Assembly (NCBI GenBank): GCA_964552775.1
Contig: CAZKIH010000016.1
Coordinates: 11,430 to 75,429, forward strand
Source: an uncultured Ignavibacteria bacterium
Lineage (GTDB): Bacteria; Zixibacteria; MSB-5A5; CAIYYT01
Direction of reading: 5' to 3'
DNA: 64,000 bases
Shown piece by piece: positions 55,938-64,000 of the stretch; the first letter of the stretch is position 1, and every line of letters begins with the position of its first letter. A program made the position numbers and the translations under genes. The notes beneath the pieces are model-generated. The model did not search any database, was not told the DNA's origin, and worked only from the letters and a program-made list of their open reading frames with translations.

Positions 55938-56282
55938 TCCATCAACCCCATGGTAAGCCATGAGCGACCCAGAGAAGCCACCTTGTGCCCGCCAGCCGTC
56001 CACGCCCAGCAGGCTGTTAGACCCGGTAGCCCACCCGAGCGCAGCGCAGGGTGGGACATCCTCAGCAGAAACACACCGAATCGGTGCGCAAGGCGCGCCC
56101 CGTGCGCGGCGGATGTCCACATCCGCCACTGTGAGGAGAGATTCGGGTTTGACGCTGCGCTGCACACCCGACCTAAGAACTGCCATGATAATTGCCTTGA
56201 TATGCTGGCTGAAATGCGTCAGATTGATACATTAGATGCGAACCGCTGGAGCGCATCGCGAGCTATAAGAAAGGACTGAGAC

Positions 56283-57578
56283 ATGCTTCCCCGATCCCTA
56301 GACCCGCGTTTTCGTTGGCGCATAAGCATTGTCACCTTCATCCTTCTAATCGGTATCATGAGCACACATGGCTGCAACTCGGCGGAGGACAAAGCCTGGG
56401 AGCAGCTCATCCTCGCAAGAAATCGGGCGGGAGATGAAATGCGGCTAAATGATGCACTCCGATTGTCCGAGCAGTGTGAGTCCTATTCGGCCGCACGTTT
56501 TGGCGATCCAAGCCGCGAACTCGCAACCGCTAGAAATGCCAAGGGAGTCGTGCTCTCTCGTATGGGTAATTTTGCTGCTGCTGATTCTGTGTTTAGTAAC
56601 TCGATACAGATTCATGTCCAGTTGAATGATACTCTTAGTCGTGAATACTCCACGTCCCTCTTCAATTACGGCAAATTCTTGCGAGAACGTAACCGGCCCC
56701 GAGAATCCGTGCTAATGTTGGAGAGCGTTAGACTCAAACTCAGACAAAATCCGAGGTTAAATCCGGGCATAGCTCGGCTCCTGACCAGAGAGTTGGCAAA
56801 GGCCAAATCACAGAACGGAGAAGATCGCGAGGCAAGAGAACTTTTCTACGAACTCATTGATAAGTACCTTGCCGACCACGACACCTTGAATGCCGATTAT
56901 GTTGGTGCACTTTACGAAGTCGGACAGATTTGGTGGACCCTTCAGCAATATGACTCGGCAATAGCGCTTGAGTTGCGAGCTCGCTCGTTGGCCTCAGTCG
57001 GGACACTAGTATTAGATGAAGATAGTGCCGCTATTTTGAGAATCTTGAGCAAATGTTATTGGGAGCAGGGTGACACGGTAGGCGCTATTGACTTGATGCG
57101 CAAGAGCCTCAGTGCCGCAGTTATTGGTAAACGACAAACTCCCTATGGGATTGCCCTCATTACGAATGGCCTATCGAATCAGTTGATGGAATCAGGAGAC
57201 TTGCAGGAGGCAGATTCGCTTGCTGCGACCGTTATAGCGAGCTGTCCAAGTACCTTTTATCCGACCATGGCAGTATGCATACGGGCGCTGTTGCTGAAAG
57301 CCGAAATCAGTCAGAAGCGCGGAGACTGTCGCGAAGCTCTTCGCATCGGCACAGAGGCGCTATCTAAGTGCGACGCTTGGGCTCCTTCGGATTTTACTGC
57401 AAGAGCAACATGCTTGTATGAGTTGGCGTCGTTTGAATATGAATGTGGATCAGAGCAAGAAGCAAGGGAACATGTCGACGAAGCTGCCAAAATCGCGAGT
57501 GCGGTGAAACATTTTGAAAGCAAGACCATGAAGCACATCCTGGATCTTCAGGCGAGACTTCGTGCTTCGGCAAATTAG
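56283..57578 (+). CDS. TPR-repeat protein (probable lipoprotein)
   Basis: N-terminal hydrophobic segment ending in STHGCN, followed by TPR-like repeats along the protein. Confidence 0.7.
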   Translation: MLPRSLDPRFRWRISIVTFILLIGIMSTHGCNSAEDKAWEQLILARNRAGDEMRLNDALRLSEQCESYSAARFGDPSRELATARNAKGVVLSRMGNFAAADSVFSNSIQIHVQLNDTLSREYSTSLFNYGKFLRERNRPRESVLMLESVRLKLRQNPRLNPGIARLLTRELAKAKSQNGEDREARELFYELIDKYLADHDTLNADYVGALYEVGQIWWTLQQYDSAIALELRARSLASVGTLVLDEDSAAILRILSKCYWEQGDTVGAIDLMRKSLSAAVIGKRQTPYGIALITNGLSNQLMESGDLQEADSLAATVIASCPSTFYPTMAVCIRALLLKAEISQKRGDCREALRIGTEALSKCDAWAPSDFTARATCLYELASFEYECGSEQEAREHVDEAAKIASAVKHFESKTMKHILDLQARLRASAN

Positions 57579-57715
57579 CGCTTCTTTCGCCCTAATTGTC
57601 TCCATCTCCCACTTCCACAATCCCCTTGCTTTCCCCCTAAAATCTCCTAAGATTTGCCCACACGGGGCCAACCTGACTGCGAAATGATGTTCTCTTTCTT
57701 ACGGAGTGATAAACC

Positions 57716-59959
57716 ATGAACGAATCTGTTGTCTGGCAATCGATCAAGGCCGATGTCGAACGCGAAATCTCCGGCTTCCTCAAAGCCCAGTTCGATTCCG
57801 GCACCGTCGATCAGTTGATCTATGAAAAAGCTATCTCCAACGTCGGCGTCTTTGCCAATCTCAACCGCTGGATGGAATCCCCCGATCTCGACCGCATCTC
57901 CCCCAATGCCAAACGCGGCATCCTCAGCGCGCTCTTCGCCAACCGCTGGCCCGATATCAACGAATGTTTCTTCACCGAAGTCGAATTCGGCACTGGCGGC
58001 ATCCGCGGCCGCGCCGTCATTTCCGACTGGGAACTCGAACTCCTGCGCGACGAGGGCATCGCCGCACCGTTCCTGCGCGGACCCAACACCATCAACGATG
58101 TCGTCCTGCTTCAGAAATCCGCCGCCATCGCCAAGTTCGCCAATATGCGCGGCTTCAAATCTCTGGTGATCGGCTTCGACAGCCGTATCCGCGGACGCGA
58201 CTTCGCCAAGATCATCGCCGAGCTGTTCATCGACTTCGGCCTCAAGGTCTATCTCTTCGACGACGTCGTCCCCTACCCCGAGGTCACTTTCGCGATCCCG
58301 ACCATGCACGCCGACATGGGCATTCTGCTCTCTGCCAGCCACAATGACCGCCGCTACAACGGCTACAAGCTCTCCTGCGGCAACGGCTCGCAGTTCTCAG
58401 TCGCCGAACGCCGCATGATTCTCAACGACTACATCGGCAAGACCGGCTTTGATGAAATCCACCGCTCCGACCTGGCCACCGCCAACAACGATCAATTGAC
58501 CTTCCTCGGCGGCGCCAAACGTGTCAAGGACATCAACTACTACAGCTACGTCGGCGAACCGGTCAACATTCACAAACAGCACGAGAAGCAAATTGCCTCA
58601 TTCCTGCTCGACAAAAAATTGCTCAAGAAGCAAGCCAAGCATCTCCATCTCGGCTACTGTGCCTACAACGGCGCCGGTCGCGATGCCGTACCGCGCTTGA
58701 TCAAGTCGTTCGACATCAAGAAGCTCAACTGCATCTCATCAATGCAGCCTGTCGACGGCATGTTCCCTGCCTTTGATGATCTCAAGAGCCCCAAGGGCAA
58801 GAAGGTCTACCAGCAGCCCGACCCTGGCGACAAATTCGCCGCGCTCAAAGCCGTCGCTGAATTCGTGAAAGAATACGGCCGCGACCGCTTCGGCAAACTC
58901 GATGCCATGATCGGCACCGATCCCGATGCCGACCGCGTTGGCGTCGTCGTTCCCGTGCCCAAAAACCAACGCCCGATCTACAATGGCGAGGACAATGTCC
59001 TGCTCGATGCCGACACCGCTTGGGCCATCTTGCTCTGGTATCGCATGGAGAAGATGAAGCATGCCAAGACCGACTTCAGCAAGTTCTCGCTCGTGCAGTC
59101 CCATACCACAACCGATGTCATTACGTTGCTCTGCGAAAAGTACGGAATCGCTTGGGTCAAAACCTGGGTCGGTTTCGCGCAGCTCTCGACCGCCGTCCAG
59201 CGCATCTGGGACGGCGACCCGATCAGCAAAGACATTTACTGGACAATCTACGACTTCAAGGGACTGACCCCGCAGTCGACCTTCAATCTCGCCGCACTGG
59301 AGCAGTCGAACGGCTTCAGCATCCTCGGCGGCAAACCCAAAGATGCCATGTCAATGGGCGCCGATGGCCATGTGCGCGACAAGGACGGCATCTTTGCAGC
59401 CATCCTCTTCCTCGAAGTGCTCGCCTATGCCAAGACACAGAAGAAGTCGATCCTCGAACTGGTGAATGAGAAATTGTACCTCGACCCGGGCATCGGCCTG
59501 ATCCGCACCGGCTACCGGCCGGCTCCGGTCTTTGGCCAGTATGAGGGCATTGAGGGCCGCTCGACCAAAATGAAAGTGATTCACAAAGCCGAGGAAATGA
59601 TGGACCGCATCAAGAACGGCGGCAAGGTCAAATTCGGCGGACTAACGTCATCAAAATTCGAGGTCTACAAAACCGGCAAGTACGACATCCAACACGGCTA
59701 CACCAAGGGCTTTAATCAGGACGACCCGACAACGTTTGGCTTCCCGGACGAGGGCATCCGCTTCTTCTTTGGCGACTACTACAGCCACCTGACGATTCGC
59801 CCCTCCGGAACCTCGCAAAGCTTGCGCTTTCACATTCAACTGCGTGACAAGACCGTCAAGAAGAGCGACCTGCTCAAGAAGCGCATCGCGATGGAGAAGC
59901 GAATCACCGCGATTTTCGAAGACGTCGGCAAACAACTCAATGTCGACTGGGACGAATAG
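57716..59959 (+). CDS. alpha-D-phosphohexomutase family protein (large phosphoglucomutase/phosphomannomutase)
   Basis: Contains LLSASHNDRRYNGYK (active-site Ser loop), GTDPDADRVGVV (Mg site), and IRPSGTSQSLRF (phosphate loop). Confidence 0.85.
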   Translation: MNESVVWQSIKADVEREISGFLKAQFDSGTVDQLIYEKAISNVGVFANLNRWMESPDLDRISPNAKRGILSALFANRWPDINECFFTEVEFGTGGIRGRAVISDWELELLRDEGIAAPFLRGPNTINDVVLLQKSAAIAKFANMRGFKSLVIGFDSRIRGRDFAKIIAELFIDFGLKVYLFDDVVPYPEVTFAIPTMHADMGILLSASHNDRRYNGYKLSCGNGSQFSVAERRMILNDYIGKTGFDEIHRSDLATANNDQLTFLGGAKRVKDINYYSYVGEPVNIHKQHEKQIASFLLDKKLLKKQAKHLHLGYCAYNGAGRDAVPRLIKSFDIKKLNCISSMQPVDGMFPAFDDLKSPKGKKVYQQPDPGDKFAALKAVAEFVKEYGRDRFGKLDAMIGTDPDADRVGVVVPVPKNQRPIYNGEDNVLLDADTAWAILLWYRMEKMKHAKTDFSKFSLVQSHTTTDVITLLCEKYGIAWVKTWVGFAQLSTAVQRIWDGDPISKDIYWTIYDFKGLTPQSTFNLAALEQSNGFSILGGKPKDAMSMGADGHVRDKDGIFAAILFLEVLAYAKTQKKSILELVNEKLYLDPGIGLIRTGYRPAPVFGQYEGIEGRSTKMKVIHKAEEMMDRIKNGGKVKFGGLTSSKFEVYKTGKYDIQHGYTKGFNQDDPTTFGFPDEGIRFFFGDYYSHLTIRPSGTSQSLRFHIQLRDKTVKKSDLLKKRIAMEKRITAIFEDVGKQLNVDWDE

Positions 59960-60011
59960 GGGCGCACTTCGCGCGGTCCGAATGAGTGGATGATTGTCAA
60001 GCTGTCAGCTT

Positions 60012-60073
60012 GTAGGTCGAATCCCTTTATGGCACGCTCGCGAGACGAGAAGCACTCTGAGGTGATTCGACAT
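60012..60073. repeat. REP-like element (GTAGGTCG...CGACAT type)
   Basis: GTAGGTCGAATC (60012-23) pairs with GATTCGACAT (60064-73). Confidence 0.45.
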
Positions 60074-60104
60074 CACTTTCACGTCATCAGTAGCAAAAAC
60101 GATA

Positions 60105-60167
60105 ATGTCGAAACCCCATAGACAGTACTCAATCTGAGAGGCCCTGCCATTAGGGGTTTCGACCTAC
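60105..60167. repeat. REP-like element, inverted orientation
   Basis: ATGTCGAAACCCC (60105-17) pairs with GGGGTTTCGACCTAC (60153-67). Confidence 0.45.
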
Positions 60168-60217
60168 CGCGCTTAGTTGGGCTTGCGGTGGGATGGTACG
60201 AAATAATTTGTCTTCTT

Positions 60218-60241
60218 CCCTCTCCCCGTCAGGGGAGAGGG
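60218..60241. repeat. GC-rich palindrome
   Basis: CCCTCTCCCC-GTCA-GGGGAGAGGG, a 10-bp perfect stem. Confidence 0.45.
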
Positions 60242-60282
60242 AACGAGGGTGAGGGCATGAATTAATTGTCGGAATTATACAG

Positions 60283-60313
60283 TGTGCCCGCCAGTCGTCT
60301 ACGCCTGGCGGGC
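60283..60313. repeat. TGTGCCCGCCAG-box palindrome
   Basis: GCCCGCCAG...CTGGCGGGC hairpin. The box TGTGCCCGCCAG(C/T)CGTC(C/T)ACGCC recurs at 55984-56006 and partially at 54623-54633. Confidence 0.45.
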
Positions 60314-60396
60314 GAGTCATTTCCGCAAAAAGGTATGTTGGAGAAGTCAGATTACAGCGAACAACACTGGCCATCGACGGCCGACTATCGAACTAA

Positions 60397-60552
60397 GTCA
60401 TTCCCGCGAAGGCGGGAATCCAGGTTTGTATCCATTGCGCGAAGTAAACCCATTCGCACCTGAACTGTCCTTCAATCCGCCAATTACAGCATTAGCCCTC
60501 TGCATCCGACCGATTTGAAGTTAAGCTGGATTCCCGCCTTCGCGGGAATGAC
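60397..60552. repeat. 156-bp unit bounded by perfect 27-bp inverted repeats (BIME/MITE-like)
   Basis: GTCATTCCCGCGAAGGCGGGAATCCAG at 60397-60423 and its exact reverse complement at 60526-60552, flanking 102 bp. Confidence 0.6.
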
Positions 60553-60576
60553 TCGACGGAGAAGTGACTGGCCGGA

Positions 60577-61062
60577 TCAACCCTGCTTTGTGGTCTTCTT
60601 CGCACTCTTTGCTTCGTGCTGGTGCCTTGCCTTTTCGTAGTACTTGATGTAGTCCTCGACTGAGACTTTCGCGATGGCTTCGCCAATCAGGTCAAGCGCC
60701 AAGTCATCGGACTTCTTGAAATGAATGCACGATTTCCCCATGTCCAATTTCTTGCCGCTCTCGGCATAGCTCTTTTCGAACCATTTTCTGTACTTCTCGT
60801 CGCCGTATACGCACATCAAGTATACTGACATGTAGTTCTTCTGCGCGGCCAACCCTGCGATCGACAATGGCTGCTTATTGTAGGTATCCGGGTAGCGCGA
60901 CAGAGGGATCACATAGCCAATCAAGCCGTATGATATGCACTCCTCATAACCCTTGGGAAGATTCGCAAGGATGACCTTGCGTACTACTTCGATCTCCTTC
61001 TTTCGATCCGCCGGGAGTTCGGCAAGATATTCTTTCACCGTCTTGGCTTTGCTTTGTACCAT
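60577..61062 (-). CDS. DUF1801 (YdhG-like) domain protein
   Basis: N-terminus KTVKEYLAELPADRKKEIEVVRKVI is typical of the DUF1801 family as I remember it. Lys-rich tail. Confidence 0.65.
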   Translation of the reverse strand: MVQSKAKTVKEYLAELPADRKKEIEVVRKVILANLPKGYEECISYGLIGYVIPLSRYPDTYNKQPLSIAGLAAQKNYMSVYLMCVYGDEKYRKWFEKSYAESGKKLDMGKSCIHFKKSDDLALDLIGEAIAKVSVEDYIKYYEKARHQHEAKSAKKTTKQG

Positions 61063-61159
61063 GCGAGGTTCTTCTCCTTTGCATCAACAAAGATGTTCAT
61101 TCTAATCACACATACGATAACGGACCAATGAAGATTGGAACTTCCTCATCTTCCTTTGG

Positions 61160-61191
61160 TTGACTTTAGGGGCCGGCATGCGTTATGTAAT
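61160..61191 (+). promoter_or_regulatory. possible copA promoter with over-long spacer
   Basis: TTGACT (61160-65), a 20-nt spacer, then TGTAAT (61186-91). Alternatively an 18-nt spacer to TATGTA. I found no clear CueR-type dyad. Confidence 0.3.
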
Positions 61192-61220
61192 GTCGGGAAG
61201 CACTGAGCTCAAGCGGGAAT

Positions 61221-63656
61221 ATGGCTGAAACATCAAGAACCACAGAACTGATCAAAACTGAGATTCCGATCACCGGAATGCACTGCGCAAGCTGCGTAGC
61301 CCGAGTGGAGAATATCCTCAACGCTGTTCCGGGCGTATCCAAAGTCAGTGTCAACCTCGCCACTAACAACGCGACGATATTCCATCAATCCTGCGGCCTT
61401 GACTTCTCTGCAGTTGCCACTGCCCTTGCCAAAGGTGGCTATCCGGCACAATTGATCGCGACAAGGCTCAATATCACGGGAATGCATTGCGCCTCCTGTG
61501 TCGCCAATATCGAAAAGTCCCTGTTGGATATCGAAGGCGTCGCAGAGGCCACCGTCAATCTCACAACCGGTTCAGGTGTTATCAAGCACCTCGCAGTTGA
61601 TAGTCTGCAGGATAAGATCAACCGAGTACTCGACGGGAGCGGCTACACTGCCGCGATTACCGAATCTGGAGCAGAATCAGCCGATCCGGCCGACATCGAG
61701 ATCGCCGAACTCCGTAAGCCGCTTTGGTTGAGTATTGCCGCCGCGATAATCGCCATGGCGCTGATGGCCGACGAGCACTTCCACATCTTCCATCTCGATC
61801 CGGAAATCTCCGGTCATCTTCAATTTGTTCTCGCAACCGCCGTCTATTTCTGGTGCGGCAAGCGTTTCCACAGGGGTCTCTGGCACTCTCTCAAACGCGG
61901 GAGCGCCGACATGAATACCCTCATCTCACTGGGCACTTCGGCAGCCTATTTCTTCAGCGTTGTCGCTCTTTTTAAGCCGTCGCTCTTCCCGACATCTGGT
62001 GGTCATCCCGAATTCTACTTCGATACCGCTATCATGATCATCGCACTGATCTTGCTCGGCCGGTATCTCGAGGCCAGAGCCCGCTTGCGTTCAAGTCAGG
62101 CAATCCACAGACTGCTCGAGGCTCGACCCGACCAGGCAAATGTCGTCCTCAACGGAACTGAGATCATCAAGAAGGCAGAGTCGTTGGCTGTCGGAGATAT
62201 CGTCCGCGTTCGACCCGGAGAACGGATTCCCGCCGACGGTGAAATCGCGACCGGGGACAGCTCCGTTGACGAATCTATGCTCACCGGCGAACCGCTGCCG
62301 GTAGAGAAACATGTCGGCGATCAAGTCACCGGCGGCACGATCAATACCACAGGTAGCTTCGATTTTCGCGTAACTGTCCCGCAGTCCGAGTCGCGCCTCA
62401 CCAGGATTGCAGAATTGGTTCGGGAGGCGCTTTCGTCCAAGCCCGCTATCCAGCGCCTTGTTGACAAAATTGCCTCCGTCTTTGTGCCGATAGTGATTGC
62501 TCTGTCTCTGCTCACCCTGGCTACTTGGCTGATTGCTGGAGTTGAGTTTATCTTTGCACTCAAGTCATTCATCGCCGTCCTCATCGTTGCCTGTCCCTGT
62601 GCGCTCGGCTTGGCAACTCCGGTCGCTATCATGGTCGGCGTCGGGCGCGGCGCAAACCTTGGGATCCTCTTCCGCAGCGGCGACTCTCTCGAGCAGATCG
62701 GCAAGGTCTCCACGATGTTTTTTGACAAAACCGGAACGCTCACTGAAGGCAAATTTCGTGTCTCGAAAGTCCATTGTCATGGATTGGACGAACAAGCATT
62801 TGTACGCCTCGTGGCCGCTGTCGAGTCGCGCTCCGAACACCCCCTCGCAAGAGCTGTAGTTGAATATGCGCAGGCACAGCAGATCGTCATTTCCGAAACT
62901 CACGAGTTTGTTTCCTACGCCGGTGCCGGCGCATCAGGAACCGTCCAAGGCAAGCACGTGCTGTTGGGCACGGAGAAATTCTTCCAATATCGCAAGATCA
63001 GCCTTGACGAAACTGCCGCCTCGGTCGTGACCGAGAAGTCGAACGGTAGAAGCCTCATGTATGCCGCGATCGATGGCAAGATTGCCGGATTCGTAACCTT
63101 CGAAGACACCGTCAGACCCGAAGCACCGGCAGCCATCCAGGACTTGGCGGCACTTGGCGTCACGACGGCAATCGTTACCGGTGACAATCAGACGGCCGCC
63201 GAGGCCGTGGCACGGCGCATAGGCATAATATCTGTGAAGGCCGAGCTGTTGCCGCAACAAAAGCTTGATGCCATCGCCCAGGCAAAGAGCAATGGCACCA
63301 TCGTGGGCATGGTCGGCGACGGTATTAACGATGCTCCGGCGCTCGCGGCCGCCGATGTCGGTATCGCGCTCTCCAGCGGCAGTGCCATTGCTGTCGAATC
63401 CGCAAGTGTGACCTTGACCGGTCGCGATCTGCGTAAGGTCGCGCAGGTGATTCGCCTGGCGCGCGCGACGGTGCGCAACATCAAGCAGAATTTGTTCTGG
63501 GCATTTTTCTACAATCTGCTTACGATTCCCCTCGCAGCCGGAGTATTCTATCCTGCGTTTGGGATTCAACTGTCGCCTGTCGTCGCTGCTGCGGCCATGT
63601 CACTTTCGTCGGTCTTCGTGGTCACCAATGCGTTGCGGCTGCGACGCTTTCGCTGA
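61221..63656 (+). CDS. copA: copper-translocating P1B-type ATPase with two N-terminal HMA domains
   Basis: GMHCASC occurs twice. Also TGEPLP, CPC ([11 protein letters not shown]), DKTGTLT, and GDGINDAP. Confidence 0.95.
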   Translation: MAETSRTTELIKTEIPITGMHCASCVARVENILNAVPGVSKVSVNLATNNATIFHQSCGLDFSAVATALAKGGYPAQLIATRLNITGMHCASCVANIEKSLLDIEGVAEATVNLTTGSGVIKHLAVDSLQDKINRVLDGSGYTAAITESGAESADPADIEIAELRKPLWLSIAAAIIAMALMADEHFHIFHLDPEISGHLQFVLATAVYFWCGKRFHRGLWHSLKRGSADMNTLISLGTSAAYFFSVVALFKPSLFPTSGGHPEFYFDTAIMIIALILLGRYLEARARLRSSQAIHRLLEARPDQANVVLNGTEIIKKAESLAVGDIVRVRPGERIPADGEIATGDSSVDESMLTGEPLPVEKHVGDQVTGGTINTTGSFDFRVTVPQSESRLTRIAELVREALSSKPAIQRLVDKIASVFVPIVIALSLLTLATWLIAGVEFIFALKSFIAVLIVACPCALGLATPVAIMVGVGRGANLGILFRSGDSLEQIGKVSTMFFDKTGTLTEGKFRVSKVHCHGLDEQAFVRLVAAVESRSEHPLARAVVEYAQAQQIVISETHEFVSYAGAGASGTVQGKHVLLGTEKFFQYRKISLDETAASVVTEKSNGRSLMYAAIDGKIAGFVTFEDTVRPEAPAAIQDLAALGVTTAIVTGDNQTAAEAVARRIGIISVKAELLPQQKLDAIAQAKSNGTIVGMVGDGINDAPALAAADVGIALSSGSAIAVESASVTLTGRDLRKVAQVIRLARATVRNIKQNLFWAFFYNLLTIPLAAGVFYPAFGIQLSPVVAAAAMSLSSVFVVTNALRLRRFR

Positions 63657-63668
63657 TGGAGATTAAGA

Positions 63669-64000
63669 TTGCCTAACCCTCATCCACTGATCGTCCACTT
63701 TCCCATCGCATTGTTTGTCGTCGCGGTCTGCTGTGAACTGCTGTCTTATTTCCTCAAATCGCGCTTGCTCAACTTTGTCGCATTGGTAAACGGAATTGTC
63801 GCCGCATGTGCGGCTTTCGCCGCCGTTGTAACCGGTCTGTTCGCGAAGACCCTTGTAACGTCAGGCCCGGCCGTCTTTGTTCTCGAATCGCACGAGACCA
63901 TGGGCTACCTTGTTCTCGCTACTTCTTTGGCATTCGTCGGCACCAAGATCTATTCCCACCTGAAACAGACTGAGAAGTACCTGACAACGGCAATCGCAAT
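63669..64000 (+). CDS. DUF2231-like membrane protein (5' partial, runs off window)
   Basis: TTG start 13 nt after the copA stop. LPNPHPLIVHFPIALFVVAVCCELL is followed by further hydrophobic helices and an HE..G segment. The frame is open to the window end. Not in the ORF track. Confidence 0.55.
   Translation, partial: MPNPHPLIVHFPIALFVVAVCCELLSYFLKSRLLNFVALVNGIVAACAAFAAVVTGLFAKTLVTSGPAVFVLESHETMGYLVLATSLAFVGTKIYSHLKQTEKYLTTAIA

Noticed and set aside
55896-56279. 127-aa ORF, with overlapping ORFs on both strands, in the 55771-56282 intergenic region.
   Set aside because: The sequence is composed of REP-like palindromes. Peptides such as DSRLRGNDS are the familiar translation of the GTCATTCC...GGAATGAC hairpin. 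No SD is present.
59960-60576. Possibility that the clustered palindromes form a CRISPR array.
   Set aside because: The elements are of different sequence families, irregularly spaced and in mixed orientation. There are no direct repeats with unique spacers and no cas genes.

Overview
Densely coding 64-kb chromosomal segment from a diderm (Gram-negative-type) bacterium. I cannot assign the lineage from sequence alone. About 55 protein-coding genes are supported by motif-level reading of the ORF track. I recognised no rRNA, tRNA, CRISPR array, transposase or integrase, though eye inspection cannot fully exclude a tRNA.

Recognisable content:
- Housekeeping and metabolism: murQ, P5C dehydrogenase, a Tat-signal Fe/Mn superoxide dismutase, two different glutamate dehydrogenases, a complete nine-gene heme operon (hemA-C-D-B-L-E-N-H-Y), a large phosphohexomutase, and a CopA P-type ATPase.
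- Signalling: a HEAT-repeat/HD-GYP pair, a GAF-PAS histidine kinase plus TPR-tailed Hanks kinase operon, and an RsbV/RsbW/PP2C partner-switching operon.
- Envelope: lipoproteins, an Omp85-like barrel, a PEP-CTERM protein, a TolB-like propeller, and a vWA protein.

Observations most worth follow-up:
1. A small three-TM membrane ORF is interrupted by an in-frame UGA. A hairpin follows whose GGUCU apical loop sits at the same distance from the UGA as in the E. coli fdhF SECIS. This is a candidate unannotated selenoprotein.
2. An RRE-like/M50 site-2-protease/HlyD fusion protein lies next to a free-standing 23-codon ORF. That ORF has its own consensus promoter, strong SD and intrinsic terminator, and is convergent with the TPR-kinase operon.
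3. Two translationally coupled PEP/pyruvate-binding (PPDK_N-type) paralogues lack a swivel-His motif. The second is fused to a sensor-like N-terminus and a C-terminal nucleotidyltransferase. They sit with a metallophosphoesterase between the two GDH genes.
4. A CXXCH-bearing beta-barrel (Cyc2-like cytochrome-porin candidate) occurs with a CX4CH lipoprotein and a YceI protein.

Several intergenic regions are mosaics of REP/BIME-like palindromes. All family assignments rest on motifs read by eye. No HMM or BLAST search was run.
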